This document shows, piece after piece, positions 29,999 to 39,212 of a DNA stretch of 64,000 bases. The stretch comes from an uncultured delta proteobacterium (GTDB lineage Bacteria; Desulfobacterota; Binatia; UBA9968): positions 640,001 to 704,000 of the forward strand of contig CAVSHR010000004.1 in NCBI GenBank assembly GCA_963727625.1, given 5' to 3'. Position 1 is the first letter of the stretch, and each line of letters begins with the position of its first letter. Under the pieces are notes generated by a model. The model saw only the letters and a list, made by a program, of their open reading frames with translations, made no database searches and was not told the DNA's origin. Position numbers and translations under genes: made by a program.

Positions 29999-32536
29999 TT
30001 ATGCCTCGGCGCGAAGGGCTTCGAGCGGCGAGCGGCGGAAAATACCCCAGCAGCCGAGCGCCCCGGCCAGCACCGTGGCGATTATAACCAAAATTAAACC
30101 TGCCAGCACCGGAAATAACGAGATAGTTACCGGCGCGCGGAAAAAATAAAAGCCCAACCCCCAGGTCGCGGCCATGCCGAGAGTCGTGCCCGCGGCACCA
30201 GCCGTGCCGCCCAAGAGCAAATATTCCGCGCCGATCACGCCGAGAATCTGGCGTCGCGACGCGCCCAGGGTTCGCAGCAAAATACTTTCTTTGAGACGCT
30301 GCGAGCGGCTGCTCAGCACCGCGCTGGCGAGCACGGCGAGTCCGGTAACAATCGTAAACAAAGCCATGAAACGCATGGCGGCCGAGACTTTGGACAGAAT
30401 TGAGTCGATGGTGTTGAGAATCAAGCTCAGGTCGATCACCGAGACGTTCGCAAAGCGCTCGACCACCGAGCGCTGCAAGTTGGCCGCCGCCTGCCTGCTT
30501 TCGGCGCGCGCCGCCACCGCGTAAAACTGCGGCGCGCTTTCGAGCACCCCTTCCGGAAACACCACAAAAAAGTTCGGCTGTAACCGCTGCCAATCAACCC
30601 GGCGCAAGCTCGCAACCTGGGTCAAAAGCGGTACGCCTTGAATTTCGAATTGCAGTTGGTCGCCCAAGCCGACGTGCAAAGCCTCGGCGATGCCCTTTTC
30701 CACCGAGACCGGGATCGGCTCGATTTCTGCTGCGACTTTTCCTTGCCAGCTTCCGGCAACGATCTGCTCGGTGGAGGTCAGATGGTCGCGATAGGTCGAA
30801 CGGTATTCGCGGCGCAACACCCAAGTGGGGATTTGCGCTTTTGCGTCGGCGCGCAATTCCTCGACACTGCGCCCCTTCACCTGGGCCAAGCGCATGGTCA
30901 CGATCGGCACCTCGCTGCCCATCGACATGCCCTGCGCCTTGAAGAGCTCGGCCAAGCTTCGGCGCTGATCGCGCTGCACGTCGAAAAGTACCAGGTTGGG
31001 CTCGCCGGCGCCGGCGCGTCCGGCCACTTGCGCTATCAACATGCGCTGCACGCTGTAGAGCGTCACGAGAAAAAAAGTCCCGAGGCCGATCGCCAGCATC
31101 ACCGCCGTGGTCTGATTGTTGGGACGATGCAGATTGGCCAACCCCTGGCGCCAGGCAAACGAGAGAAACGCCGGGGCAAACCGGCGCATCGACGCGGAAG
31201 CCGCGTGCGCGAGCAAGGCCAGCACGCCGAACACCGCCACTACCGCCGCGGCAAACCACGATCCTCGTGGCAAACTGCCGGTCGTCCAAGCGGCGAAGGT
31301 CCAGATACCGGCGCCGATCAAGCCGAAGAGAATCCACACGAGCCGGTCCGGCGATGCGCGCTCGGCATCGAAGGCCGCGCGCAGCGCGAGCAAGGGCGAG
31401 ATTCGCCGCAGCGGCAACAATGGAATCAATGCGAAGGATAACGCCGCGCCCAAACCGACCGCCAGGCCCGCGCCGATACCGGCAGGGGCCACAGCGATCA
31501 CGGTGGTCACCGGGAGAAAATCCTTGAGCGCGCGCGGCAGAAAGTACTGCACCGCCACCCCCAGCCCGGCGCCGAGCAACGAGCTCAAGAGGGCCAGCAA
31601 GAAAATCTGAATCATGAAGACGCAGAGGGTTTCGCGCGGCCTGGCGCCGATGCAGCGCAGCAAGGCGACTGAGCGCGCCTTGGCACTGGCAAATACATGG
31701 ACTACGCTGGCGACGCCGACGCCGGCCAGCAACACGGCGATAAACACCGTCAATGTCAAATAACGCGCGAGATTCTCCGTCGACGCCGCAATCGATGCTG
31801 CGCGCCGGCTCACGGTGTCGGCCCGCAACCGCAAACGTTGCAGTTGCGGGGTTAACTTGTCGACCAAGGCGTCAACGGCGGTCTGTGGTGGAAACTTGAA
31901 ATAGACCCGGTAGCGTACCAGGCTGCCTTTCTGCAAAAGTGCGGTGCGCCCCAAATATTCCATAGGAATGTAGACCCGCGGGCTGATCAGCGAAAAAGCC
32001 AAAGTCTCGCCGGGAATTTTTCGGAGCTTGCCGGCGATGCGAAATTCCTGCTCGCCGATCTTTAGCCGGTCGTCGACCCGGGCGTTGAATTGCAGCATGA
32101 CGTTCTCATCGACCAGCGCGTTGGCGCCGCGATGAAAGCTTGCCAAGGATAAAACCGGTTCGGTCTCGAGGGCGCCGTAATACGGGAAGCTGCCGCTCAG
32201 CGCGCGCACTTGCACCAGACGCGACTGGCCGCTGTGGGTAAAGTAAACCATCGAGGCAAAGCCGATCTGACGCGATTGCTCGCCGCCGAGGGAGCGGAAC
32301 AGAGCTTCATCTTCTGCGGAAAACGGCTCGCGGCTCTCCAGCGCGAGATCGGCGCCGAGCAGGCTTTTCGATTGCAACTGCACGCTCGACTGTAAATTTT
32401 CGCGAAACGAATAGACCGCCACCACCGACGCTACGGCCAAGACCACGCTGGACATGGACAGCAGCAAGGGACGCAGGCCGCGACGGCCATCGCGCAGCGC
32501 CAGGCGCCACACCCAGAGTTTGAACAGCGCGTTCAT
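29999..32536 (-). CDS. ybbP: ABC permease, YbbP-like (double FtsX/MacB)
   Basis: 845 aa; 'LLGADL', 'FPYYG', 'VASLRRVDWQRLQPNFFVVF', 'LLRTLGASRRQI'; context with ybbA and tesA. Confidence 0.85.
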   Translation of the reverse strand: MNALFKLWVWRLALRDGRRGLRPLLLSMSSVVLAVASVVAVYSFRENLQSSVQLQSKSLLGADLALESREPFSAEDEALFRSLGGEQSRQIGFASMVYFTHSGQSRLVQVRALSGSFPYYGALETEPVLSLASFHRGANALVDENVMLQFNARVDDRLKIGEQEFRIAGKLRKIPGETLAFSLISPRVYIPMEYLGRTALLQKGSLVRYRVYFKFPPQTAVDALVDKLTPQLQRLRLRADTVSRRAASIAASTENLARYLTLTVFIAVLLAGVGVASVVHVFASAKARSVALLRCIGARPRETLCVFMIQIFLLALLSSLLGAGLGVAVQYFLPRALKDFLPVTTVIAVAPAGIGAGLAVGLGAALSFALIPLLPLRRISPLLALRAAFDAERASPDRLVWILFGLIGAGIWTFAAWTTGSLPRGSWFAAAVVAVFGVLALLAHAASASMRRFAPAFLSFAWRQGLANLHRPNNQTTAVMLAIGLGTFFLVTLYSVQRMLIAQVAGRAGAGEPNLVLFDVQRDQRRSLAELFKAQGMSMGSEVPIVTMRLAQVKGRSVEELRADAKAQIPTWVLRREYRSTYRDHLTSTEQIVAGSWQGKVAAEIEPIPVSVEKGIAEALHVGLGDQLQFEIQGVPLLTQVASLRRVDWQRLQPNFFVVFPEGVLESAPQFYAVAARAESRQAAANLQRSVVERFANVSVIDLSLILNTIDSILSKVSAAMRFMALFTIVTGLAVLASAVLSSRSQRLKESILLRTLGASRRQILGVIGAEYLLLGGTAGAAGTTLGMAATWGLGFYFFRAPVTISLFPVLAGLILVIIATVLAGALGCWGIFRRSPLEALRAEA

Positions 32537-32548
32537 AGGCGGCGAAGC

Positions 32549-32705
32549 CTAGCCGAACAGATTTGAAATTGACTTTGTTTTTGAACTACCGAAGCGGAAA
32601 AAAGCTGACTCGCGCGAAGACGCAAAGCATGCCAAGTTCGGCGAAGTAAGCAGACCTTTGTCTTTGCGCCTTGGCGCCTTGGCGCGACAAATCTTCTTGA
32701 AGTTG
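32549..32705 (-). repeat. Dispersed 'GCCAAG' intergenic element, copy 2
   Basis: Minus strand TCGCGCCAAGGCGCCAAGGCGCAAAG...CCGAACTTGGCATGCTTTGCGTCTTCGCGCGA; internally palindromic. Confidence 0.65.
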
Positions 32706-32733
32706 TTTTGTGAATCATTTGAAAAGAGAGAAC

Positions 32734-33444
32734 CTAACCATGCCCAAAAGCGCTCTGGAGCGTATCGTTGTCCGACACCAACCGGCCGCCGCGCAGCCGG
32801 ATCGTCCGGTTCGCTTGTTGGGTGAGCTCGCGGTCGTGGGTGACCAGAATGAGCGTGGTTCCCCACGTGGAATTGAGATCGAAAATCAGCTTGATGATGT
32901 CCCGCGCCGTGTCGGTGTCGAGATTGCCGGTGGGTTCGTCGGCAAAAAGAATTTTCGGCCGGTTCATAAATGCCCGGGCGATCGCCACGCGCTGTTGCTC
33001 GCCGCCGGAAAGTTGCACGGGGTAGTGCTGCAAGCGGCCGTCCAAGCCGACCTGTTTGAGCAGCTCGGCGGCGCGATGGCGCGCGTGATTCTCGCCGCGG
33101 ATTTCGGCCGGCACCATGACGTTCTCCACAGCGGTGAGCGACGCCAGCAACTGAAAGTTTTGGAAGATGAAACCGATGGACCGATTGCGCAGTCCGGCCA
33201 ACTCTTCTTCGCTGGCCTCGTGCAACGCTACGCCATCGAAGTGCACCGATCCCGAGCTCGGCCGTTCCAAACCGGCGCAGATCGCGATCAGCGTGGTCTT
33301 GCCGCTGCCCGACGGCCCGACGATCGCACAGGTGCTGCCCGTTTCAATGGCAAACGAGACATCGTTCAAAACATTGACGTTTCGTTCGCCGCTCTTAAAA
33401 ACCTTGCTCAAATGCTCTACGATTAAGATGGAGTCGGTGCTCAT
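32734..33444 (-). CDS. ybbA: ABC ATP-binding protein, YbbA/LolD-like
   Basis: GPSGSGKT, LSGGEQQR, FADEPTGNLD, VTHD. Confidence 0.88.
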   Translation of the reverse strand: MSTDSILIVEHLSKVFKSGERNVNVLNDVSFAIETGSTCAIVGPSGSGKTTLIAICAGLERPSSGSVHFDGVALHEASEEELAGLRNRSIGFIFQNFQLLASLTAVENVMVPAEIRGENHARHRAAELLKQVGLDGRLQHYPVQLSGGEQQRVAIARAFMNRPKILFADEPTGNLDTDTARDIIKLIFDLNSTWGTTLILVTHDRELTQQANRTIRLRGGRLVSDNDTLQSAFGHG

Positions 33445-33555
33445 GAGTAAATGACCAGCAGGCAGTGATTGCGAAGCGATCGCGCCACAGAAATTTTTTT
33501 CAACAGGGTAAACTTTAGAATGTTTGTACGACCTAAACAACATCGCGGTGCCGCG

Positions 33556-34248
33556 ATGTCGAACGGCCGGATGAATTCCTTTTCACTGCGCTCGGGCGCA
33601 TGGCGCACCTTCCGCAGAAAAATTTTATCGCGGTTGATCCTTTTCATTGCCCTTCTCGGAGGCCCATCCTCCGCCGCAACTCCGCCCAACGTCATCCTGT
33701 TTCTCGGCGACAGCATCACGGCCGGATACGGGCTCGATTTATCGCAGGCCTACCCCGCGCTCATTCAGGAAAAAATCGCTGCCAAGGGCTGGAAGTTCAA
33801 ACTGGTCAACGCCGGTCAGAGCGGCGACACCAGCGCCGGCGCTTTGAATCGCCTGGACTGGCTCTTGAGAAACCGCGTCGCCGTCTTGGTCCTGGAGCTC
33901 GGCGGCAACGACGGCTTGCGCGGCCTGCCGGTGGAGAGCACGCGGAAAAACCTCCAGCGGATCATCGACCGAACCAAAGCGAACTATCCGGCGGCGACAA
34001 TCATCATCGCCGGCATGAAAGTTCCGCCCAATATGGGGCGCGAATACGGCGACCAGTTCGAAGCGATCTACCCGGCGCTGGCAAAGAATAACCATTTACC
34101 ACTGATCCCCTTTGTCCTCGAAGGCGTAGGCGGGGTGCGCGAGCTCAACCTGCCCGACGGCATTCATCCGACCGCCAAAGGCCATCAAATCGTCGCCGCC
34201 AACGTGTGGAAAGTCTTGGAGCCCGTATTGCGAAGTCTTAACAAATAA
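33556..34248 (+). CDS. tesA: Arylesterase / acyl-CoA thioesterase I (SGNH/GDSL)
   Basis: 'FLGDSITAGYG', 'NAGQSGDTS', 'ELGGNDGLRG', 'DGIHP'; divergent from ybbA as in E. coli; start uncertain. Confidence 0.9.
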   Translation: MSNGRMNSFSLRSGAWRTFRRKILSRLILFIALLGGPSSAATPPNVILFLGDSITAGYGLDLSQAYPALIQEKIAAKGWKFKLVNAGQSGDTSAGALNRLDWLLRNRVAVLVLELGGNDGLRGLPVESTRKNLQRIIDRTKANYPAATIIIAGMKVPPNMGREYGDQFEAIYPALAKNNHLPLIPFVLEGVGGVRELNLPDGIHPTAKGHQIVAANVWKVLEPVLRSLNK

Positions 34249-34293
34249 AACCGGCAGACGGTAACAACGGCAATACCCCGGTAAAGATAGCTG

Positions 34294-34365
34294 AGAACTT
34301 AGCGCGCAAAGACGCCAAGGTCGGAGCAATTTCCCCCTGGCGGCCCTTCCGGTTCGGCGCGAGTC
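34294..34365 (+). repeat. Degenerate 'GCCAAG' element, copy 3
   Basis: AGCGCGCAAAGACGCCAAGGTCGGA...CTGGCG...TTCGGCGCGAG. Confidence 0.45.
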
Positions 34366-34496
34366 GCGGCAAATCCGCCTAAATCTCCGCAACCGCCGCG
34401 ACATGCTCAGCTTGACACCCTGCACGTACCTGAAGGATAGTTAGAACTGTAGATTACAAAACCGCGCGCCGCCTTTCGGCGCACAGAGGAGAGTCC

Positions 34497-34787
34497 ATGG
34501 CCGTTCGACTCATCGTAACGATCACCGCAGCACCGGGAAAAGGTTCCGAACTCGCACGGTTGTACAAAGAGCGCTGCGTGGACATAGCGAAAGAACCCGG
34601 CTGCGAACAGTTCGAAGTTTTTCAAAGCGTGGTTAATACCGACAAATTGACACTTCTCGAGCGCTGGGTCGATCAGGCCGCGTTGGACGTACATTCAAAG
34701 GCAAACGCCACTCGTCCGCCGCTTCCGGCTGAATTGCGCATCGGAACCACCGAGCGCGAAGATTACGTGTACAACCGCACGCGCTAG
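34497..34787 (+). CDS. Antibiotic biosynthesis monooxygenase (ABM) family protein
   Basis: 'KEPGCEQFEVFQS', 'LLERWVDQAALDVH'; GAGGAG RBS. Confidence 0.88.
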   Translation: MAVRLIVTITAAPGKGSELARLYKERCVDIAKEPGCEQFEVFQSVVNTDKLTLLERWVDQAALDVHSKANATRPPLPAELRIGTTEREDYVYNRTR

Positions 34788-34936
34788 CGCGACGACCCAA
34801 TCACCCCCCAGCGACCTTGACTGGCGCCGCCCGAATGTGCCACCGCCTTGGGTCGCGACAGCTCTGGCCTGCATATTTGTAAAAATCGTCTGCTAAGTGA
34901 TATTGGGAAACGAAGGTTTGACCGAGGGGACGACCT

Positions 34937-36112
34937 ATGTGGAATGCTTTGAAAGTCATCGACGCCGACGCCCATATGCATGAACCCCGGGACATGTGGG
35001 ATCGTTATCTGGAATCTAAATACCGGGAGCGGGCTCCAAGAGTGGCTCATATGAACGGGACTTTCATGATCTATGAGCCCGATGGAAAGCTTATCCCGAA
35101 GGATGAAAAACAGGTTAAGGGTCCGCCGCCGGAGTCCTTCACAATCATGGAAAAGAAGTACGGCGAGGCCTATCGCACATGGTGGGCGCCGGCAACAAGA
35201 CTCAAGGACATGGACCGTCATGGGTGGGACATCCAGGTCCTTTTACCTACGGGGAGCAACGGCAACTTCGGTTGCACGGTGGCCCTCAAGGACGCGGAGC
35301 TTGGGGCGGCCTTTTGCAGGGCCTATAACAATTGGGCCCATGATTACTGTAGTGTCAATTCCAAGCGGCTGAAGTTTATCGCGGTGGTGCCCGGTTCCGG
35401 TGTCGAGGAAATGGTCGAAGAATCGCGCCGGGCGGTAGGGGAACTTGGAGCGGTTTCAGTGAGAAACCCGTTGTTGCCCAAGGGCAAGTGGTTGCATGAA
35501 AAGGAATACGACGCTCTCTGGAATCTCGCCTGCGAGTTAGACTTCCCCATCGCCGTCCACGGCGAGTCCCGCTATCGCGTGCAACCGTTCAGGGGATTTC
35601 GAGTTGTCGAGCAATCGGAGTCGGGCGACGTAGGTCATGATTTTCAGGGTCTGCGGGCGGTGGATCACGCCATCGGCTTTCCCTGCGACAACATGGCGAC
35701 CATGGGCCATTTTATTTTCACCGGTATACTCGAGCGCTTTCCCAGGCTGCGTCTGGCGATTTTGGAGTCCAACGCGGGCTGGCTGCCATTTTGGCTAGGC
35801 AGGATGGACGCGCATTCGCATGGCCGCTATAGCATCATGGGGAAGCCGAAAAATTTGTCGATGTTGCCGAGCGAATACTTTCGGCGCCAGTGCGCGGTGG
35901 CCTGCGACAGCGATGAAAGCGGGTTGTCCTATGCGGTCACTCACCTCGGAGGCGAGAACATCGTGTGGAACACCGACTATCCGCACCTCGACGGCATCGA
36001 GCCGGCTAGGGCGCTTCCGGAATTCGATGCGCAACCGATACCGGAAGAAGCCAAGCGCAAAATCCTTTGGGATAATGCCGTTAAGCTTTACGGGGAACGA
36101 ATTCTAAGGTGA
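34937..36112 (+). CDS. Amidohydrolase_2 family protein
   Basis: 'VIDADAHMHEP', 'AVHG', 'LESNAGWLPFWL', 'NTDYPHLD', 'RKILWDNA'. Confidence 0.92.
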   Translation: MWNALKVIDADAHMHEPRDMWDRYLESKYRERAPRVAHMNGTFMIYEPDGKLIPKDEKQVKGPPPESFTIMEKKYGEAYRTWWAPATRLKDMDRHGWDIQVLLPTGSNGNFGCTVALKDAELGAAFCRAYNNWAHDYCSVNSKRLKFIAVVPGSGVEEMVEESRRAVGELGAVSVRNPLLPKGKWLHEKEYDALWNLACELDFPIAVHGESRYRVQPFRGFRVVEQSESGDVGHDFQGLRAVDHAIGFPCDNMATMGHFIFTGILERFPRLRLAILESNAGWLPFWLGRMDAHSHGRYSIMGKPKNLSMLPSEYFRRQCAVACDSDESGLSYAVTHLGGENIVWNTDYPHLDGIEPARALPEFDAQPIPEEAKRKILWDNAVKLYGERILR

Positions 36113-36452
36113 CCACAAGCGCCAAGCCAAGCCAGAAGACAAGAGACCGTAAAAAGCACAGGCTTTAACATAACATTCATTACAATCTGCAAATTATCCT
36201 GGGGACTCAATATTATTTTTTTGACGAGAAGAAGGAAAATCGATCTCTCTACGCAGCATGGCTAGGATGTTTCAAAGTCGTATCCTCCCGGCTATCCTCA
36301 TCACGTCAGCCAAAGAGCCGTCCAAGCGGCCCGCGGCAGTGGACCGAAAAGAAACTAAGCTCTCCCCCCCTTTTTTCTTTTTTCACCAGTGCTGGTAGTC
36401 ATGTTATGAATGAGCCTAACACGCGTTTCGATCAGGCAAGGAGGGACCAGGC

Positions 36453-37616
36453 ATGCGCCACGGTTTGAAGATCTTTGATTCGGACACGCACCTCAATCCG
36501 TTGGCCGAAACCCTGGAGCCCTACTTCGATACCGCCATGCGCAAGCGGCTACCGGAGTGGCAAAGCTGCAAGGTGCCCTTTCGCGTCGGCTGGGCCGGCG
36601 AGATTCTCCAACCACCGTATCGCCACCGTTACCAGTTCAAGAAAAGAGCCGGCTGGCGTGAGGAGCGCCTGCGAATTTTAGGGGACGCAGGTCCGAGGGC
36701 TCATATCGAGCCTCATTTCCCGCAGTTTATGGGCGGCCGCTTTCCGACCCCCGGTGGGGCAGACGACGACGTCGAAGCGCGCATTCTGGATATGGACGAG
36801 GAGGGAGTGGACGTCCAGCTCATGCTTCCCGGACTACCCCCGGCGTCGGACGACGCCGAGATTGAAATGGGCTTTATCCGCGCCAACCACCGCTTTACCG
36901 ACGATTTCTGCAGCAAGCACCCGCACCGTCTGAAGTCTCTCATTGTGGTCAGCAGCAGAGCGATCGATGCGTCGGTGCAAGAAATCAAAGCCAGGGCGCG
37001 TGCGCCATGGGCTGTAGGCATCCATCCCAACCTCGCCGAAGGCGTTCCCATCGATCACCCGGACCTCGAGCCGATCTGGGCCGCGGCCAATGACGCAGGG
37101 CTGTGTGTGGTGCATCACAGTTTCACCTCCGGCTATCCCGGCTACCGCGATCTCTGGGACAACCCGTTCATCGGCCGGACCGCATCGCACCCGTGGGGCG
37201 CGATGCGAGCAGTGAGCGCATTTTTCGGCGCCGGGATCATGGACCGCTACCCTGACATTCGCTACTGCATCCTCGAGTCCGGCTTTGGCTGGCTGCCGTT
37301 CTGGGCAGCGCGTATGGACGATCAAAGCATCTACATGTCCTACGCTCTGCCGGACCATCTGGCTCATAAGCCCGGCGAATACATGACCAGCGGGCGCTTC
37401 TTCGCCAGCGTCGTCATCCACGAAGGCGAGAAGATGGCCCGCATGGTCACCGACTTCCTCGGCGACGGCGTCCTCATGTATTCGTCCGATTACCCCCACG
37501 CGGAATCCCGCTTCCCCGAGTCGACAAACAAGGTGCTCGGGTGGCAATCCCTGGGCGACGAGGTCATGCGAAAAATGCTCTGGGACAACGCGAGGCGATG
37601 CTTCGGAGAGCCCTAG
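36453..37616 (+). CDS. Amidohydrolase_2 family protein
   Basis: 'FDSDTH', 'DMDEEGVDVQ', 'LESGFGWLPFW', 'SSDYPHAES', 'RKMLWDNA'. Confidence 0.92.
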   Translation: MRHGLKIFDSDTHLNPLAETLEPYFDTAMRKRLPEWQSCKVPFRVGWAGEILQPPYRHRYQFKKRAGWREERLRILGDAGPRAHIEPHFPQFMGGRFPTPGGADDDVEARILDMDEEGVDVQLMLPGLPPASDDAEIEMGFIRANHRFTDDFCSKHPHRLKSLIVVSSRAIDASVQEIKARARAPWAVGIHPNLAEGVPIDHPDLEPIWAAANDAGLCVVHHSFTSGYPGYRDLWDNPFIGRTASHPWGAMRAVSAFFGAGIMDRYPDIRYCILESGFGWLPFWAARMDDQSIYMSYALPDHLAHKPGEYMTSGRFFASVVIHEGEKMARMVTDFLGDGVLMYSSDYPHAESRFPESTNKVLGWQSLGDEVMRKMLWDNARRCFGEP

Positions 37617-37698
37617 AGATGAATTCCGCAGACATCATTCCAACTTCTCTGAGAGCGGTGCCTGGAAGAAAAAAAGGAACGCGAACCTAACCGCCCCG

Positions 37699-37725
37699 TG
37701 CCTGACTTGCCTAAGTTGCCTGACT
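37699..37725. repeat. 3 x 9 bp tandem repeat
   Basis: TGCCTGACT TGCCTAAGT TGCCTGACT. Confidence 0.6.
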
Positions 37726-37890
37726 CTGAGCTAGCGCCGATCCGACCGCTCGGTCTTAATTCCTCGACCGTCCCGCCTAACGCATAAATCCGTTCGAAGA
37801 ATCAGCGTCGCCAAATGCCTTGACACGGTAGTTCACGGCGGAATAGTCTCGGCAACACGCCCAAAATTTATCACGGGGAGGGCAACCTCG

Positions 37891-38748
37891 ATGGCTGAAT
37901 CCTTGGAGAGCTTCAAAAGCTATATCGGCAAGAGCGAAACCGCGACCGACGTGGTCACGGCGGCGATGCTGATAAAATTTGCCGCTACACTGGGCTTGGA
38001 AAATCCGCCGTTGGAAAAAGGCTCACCGATCCCGCCCGGCTGGTACGGCGGTCTGTTTCCTGCCTCGCACCGGCCCGACAAGATGCGCGCGGACGGACAA
38101 GCGTCGGGCGGCGGCTTCATGCCGGCGATACCCCTGCCCCGCCGGCGTATCGGCGGCACTCGAGTGGCGTTTCAGAATCCGCTGAAAGTAGGCGACGACG
38201 TCACGCGCAAGACCGAAATCGCCGACATCCAGATCGATGATGGCCCGAGCGGGGCCATGGTCACCGTGGTCGAGCGCAATAGCCTCTCGGCCAGCGGAAA
38301 AGTCTGCGTCGTCGAAGAGCGCGACATGTGCATGCTCAGCGAAGCAAGGGCGGACGCGGCGCCGAAGTCAACGCCGGCTGTTCCCGGTGAAGCCAAGTGG
38401 CAGCAAATCGTCGAACCCAACACTCCGCTGCTGTTTCGCTTTTCGGCGATCCGCTTCAACAGCCACCGCATCCACTATGACCGCGACTACGTCACCAAAG
38501 TAGAGAAGCTTCCCGGCCTGGTCGTGCAAAGCTCGCTGATTTCGCAGTTGCTGATCGAGATGTGCCGGCGCGAGGCGCCGGCGCGGCAGCTAAAAGAGTT
38601 CAGTTTCCAAAACCTGCGCTCGATCTACGACAGCAGCGGCAAGTTCACGCTCGCCGGCGCGCCGGCGGCGGACGGCCGCGAAGCCGCGCTCTGGACTCTC
38701 GACGGCGAAGGCAAACTTTCGATGCTGGCGACGGCGAAATTCGCCTAA
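37891..38748 (+). CDS. Double hot-dog fold dehydratase (mesaconyl-C4-CoA hydratase / HTD2-like)
   Basis: 'LFRFSAIRFNSHRIHYDRDY...PGLVVQ', 'PLPRRRIGG', 'VEERD'. Confidence 0.8.
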   Translation: MAESLESFKSYIGKSETATDVVTAAMLIKFAATLGLENPPLEKGSPIPPGWYGGLFPASHRPDKMRADGQASGGGFMPAIPLPRRRIGGTRVAFQNPLKVGDDVTRKTEIADIQIDDGPSGAMVTVVERNSLSASGKVCVVEERDMCMLSEARADAAPKSTPAVPGEAKWQQIVEPNTPLLFRFSAIRFNSHRIHYDRDYVTKVEKLPGLVVQSSLISQLLIEMCRREAPARQLKEFSFQNLRSIYDSSGKFTLAGAPAADGREAALWTLDGEGKLSMLATAKFA

Positions 38749-38810
38749 GAAAATCTGCGCCAGAAAGGTCCCTGCGCGCCAGAGCCGCGACCAAAGCAGG
38801 AATCGATTCC

Positions 38811-38893
38811 GCCACCGAGGCGCTGAGTTCGCAGAGTTCGGAGTTTTTTTAATAGAACATTTTTGTCGGCGCACTCCATATCGCCGTGGTGAG
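38811..38893 (+). repeat. Degenerate palindromic intergenic element with 9 bp internal period
   Basis: GCCACCGAGG-CGCTGAGTT-CGCAGAGTT-CGGAG...CTCC...CCGTGGTGA. Confidence 0.45.
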
Positions 38894-38975
38894 TTCCCTG
38901 CTGGACCGATAACAGTGATTTCATCTATCAATTCTAAATTACCAAATTGAAAATGATATCTTACCCCGAAGGTCC

Positions 38976-39052
38976 CAGCGCGCCGAGCCGCAAGGGCGCA
39001 ATGGAAAACGACAAGTCCGATCTTGGCGCTCCTGGAAATTTGGCGCGAGAAT
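38976..39052 (+). repeat. Degenerate 'GCCAAG' element, copy 4
   Basis: CAGCGCGCCGAGCCGCAAGGGCGCAA...TCCGATCTTGGCGCT...TTTGGCGCGAGA. Confidence 0.5.
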
Positions 39053-39212
39053 CCGACGGTTGTGCGGGCGAACTGCCCGGAGTAAACTATTGCCGAGCAA
39101 TAGAGTCTTTGGGTAGATCGTTTTGGTCCTCTCGATCTGGTGCAAGTCGAAAACGGAGCACAACAAAGTTACCGATCTGGCGCGCACTCAACAAATCTGA
39201 AGGAGGAAAACC

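Noticed and set aside
29761-32705. Composite transposon carrying ybbP
   Set aside because: The flanking repeats are diverged, encode no transposase, and ybbP remains in its usual ybbA/tesA context; independent insertions of a dispersed repeat are more likely.
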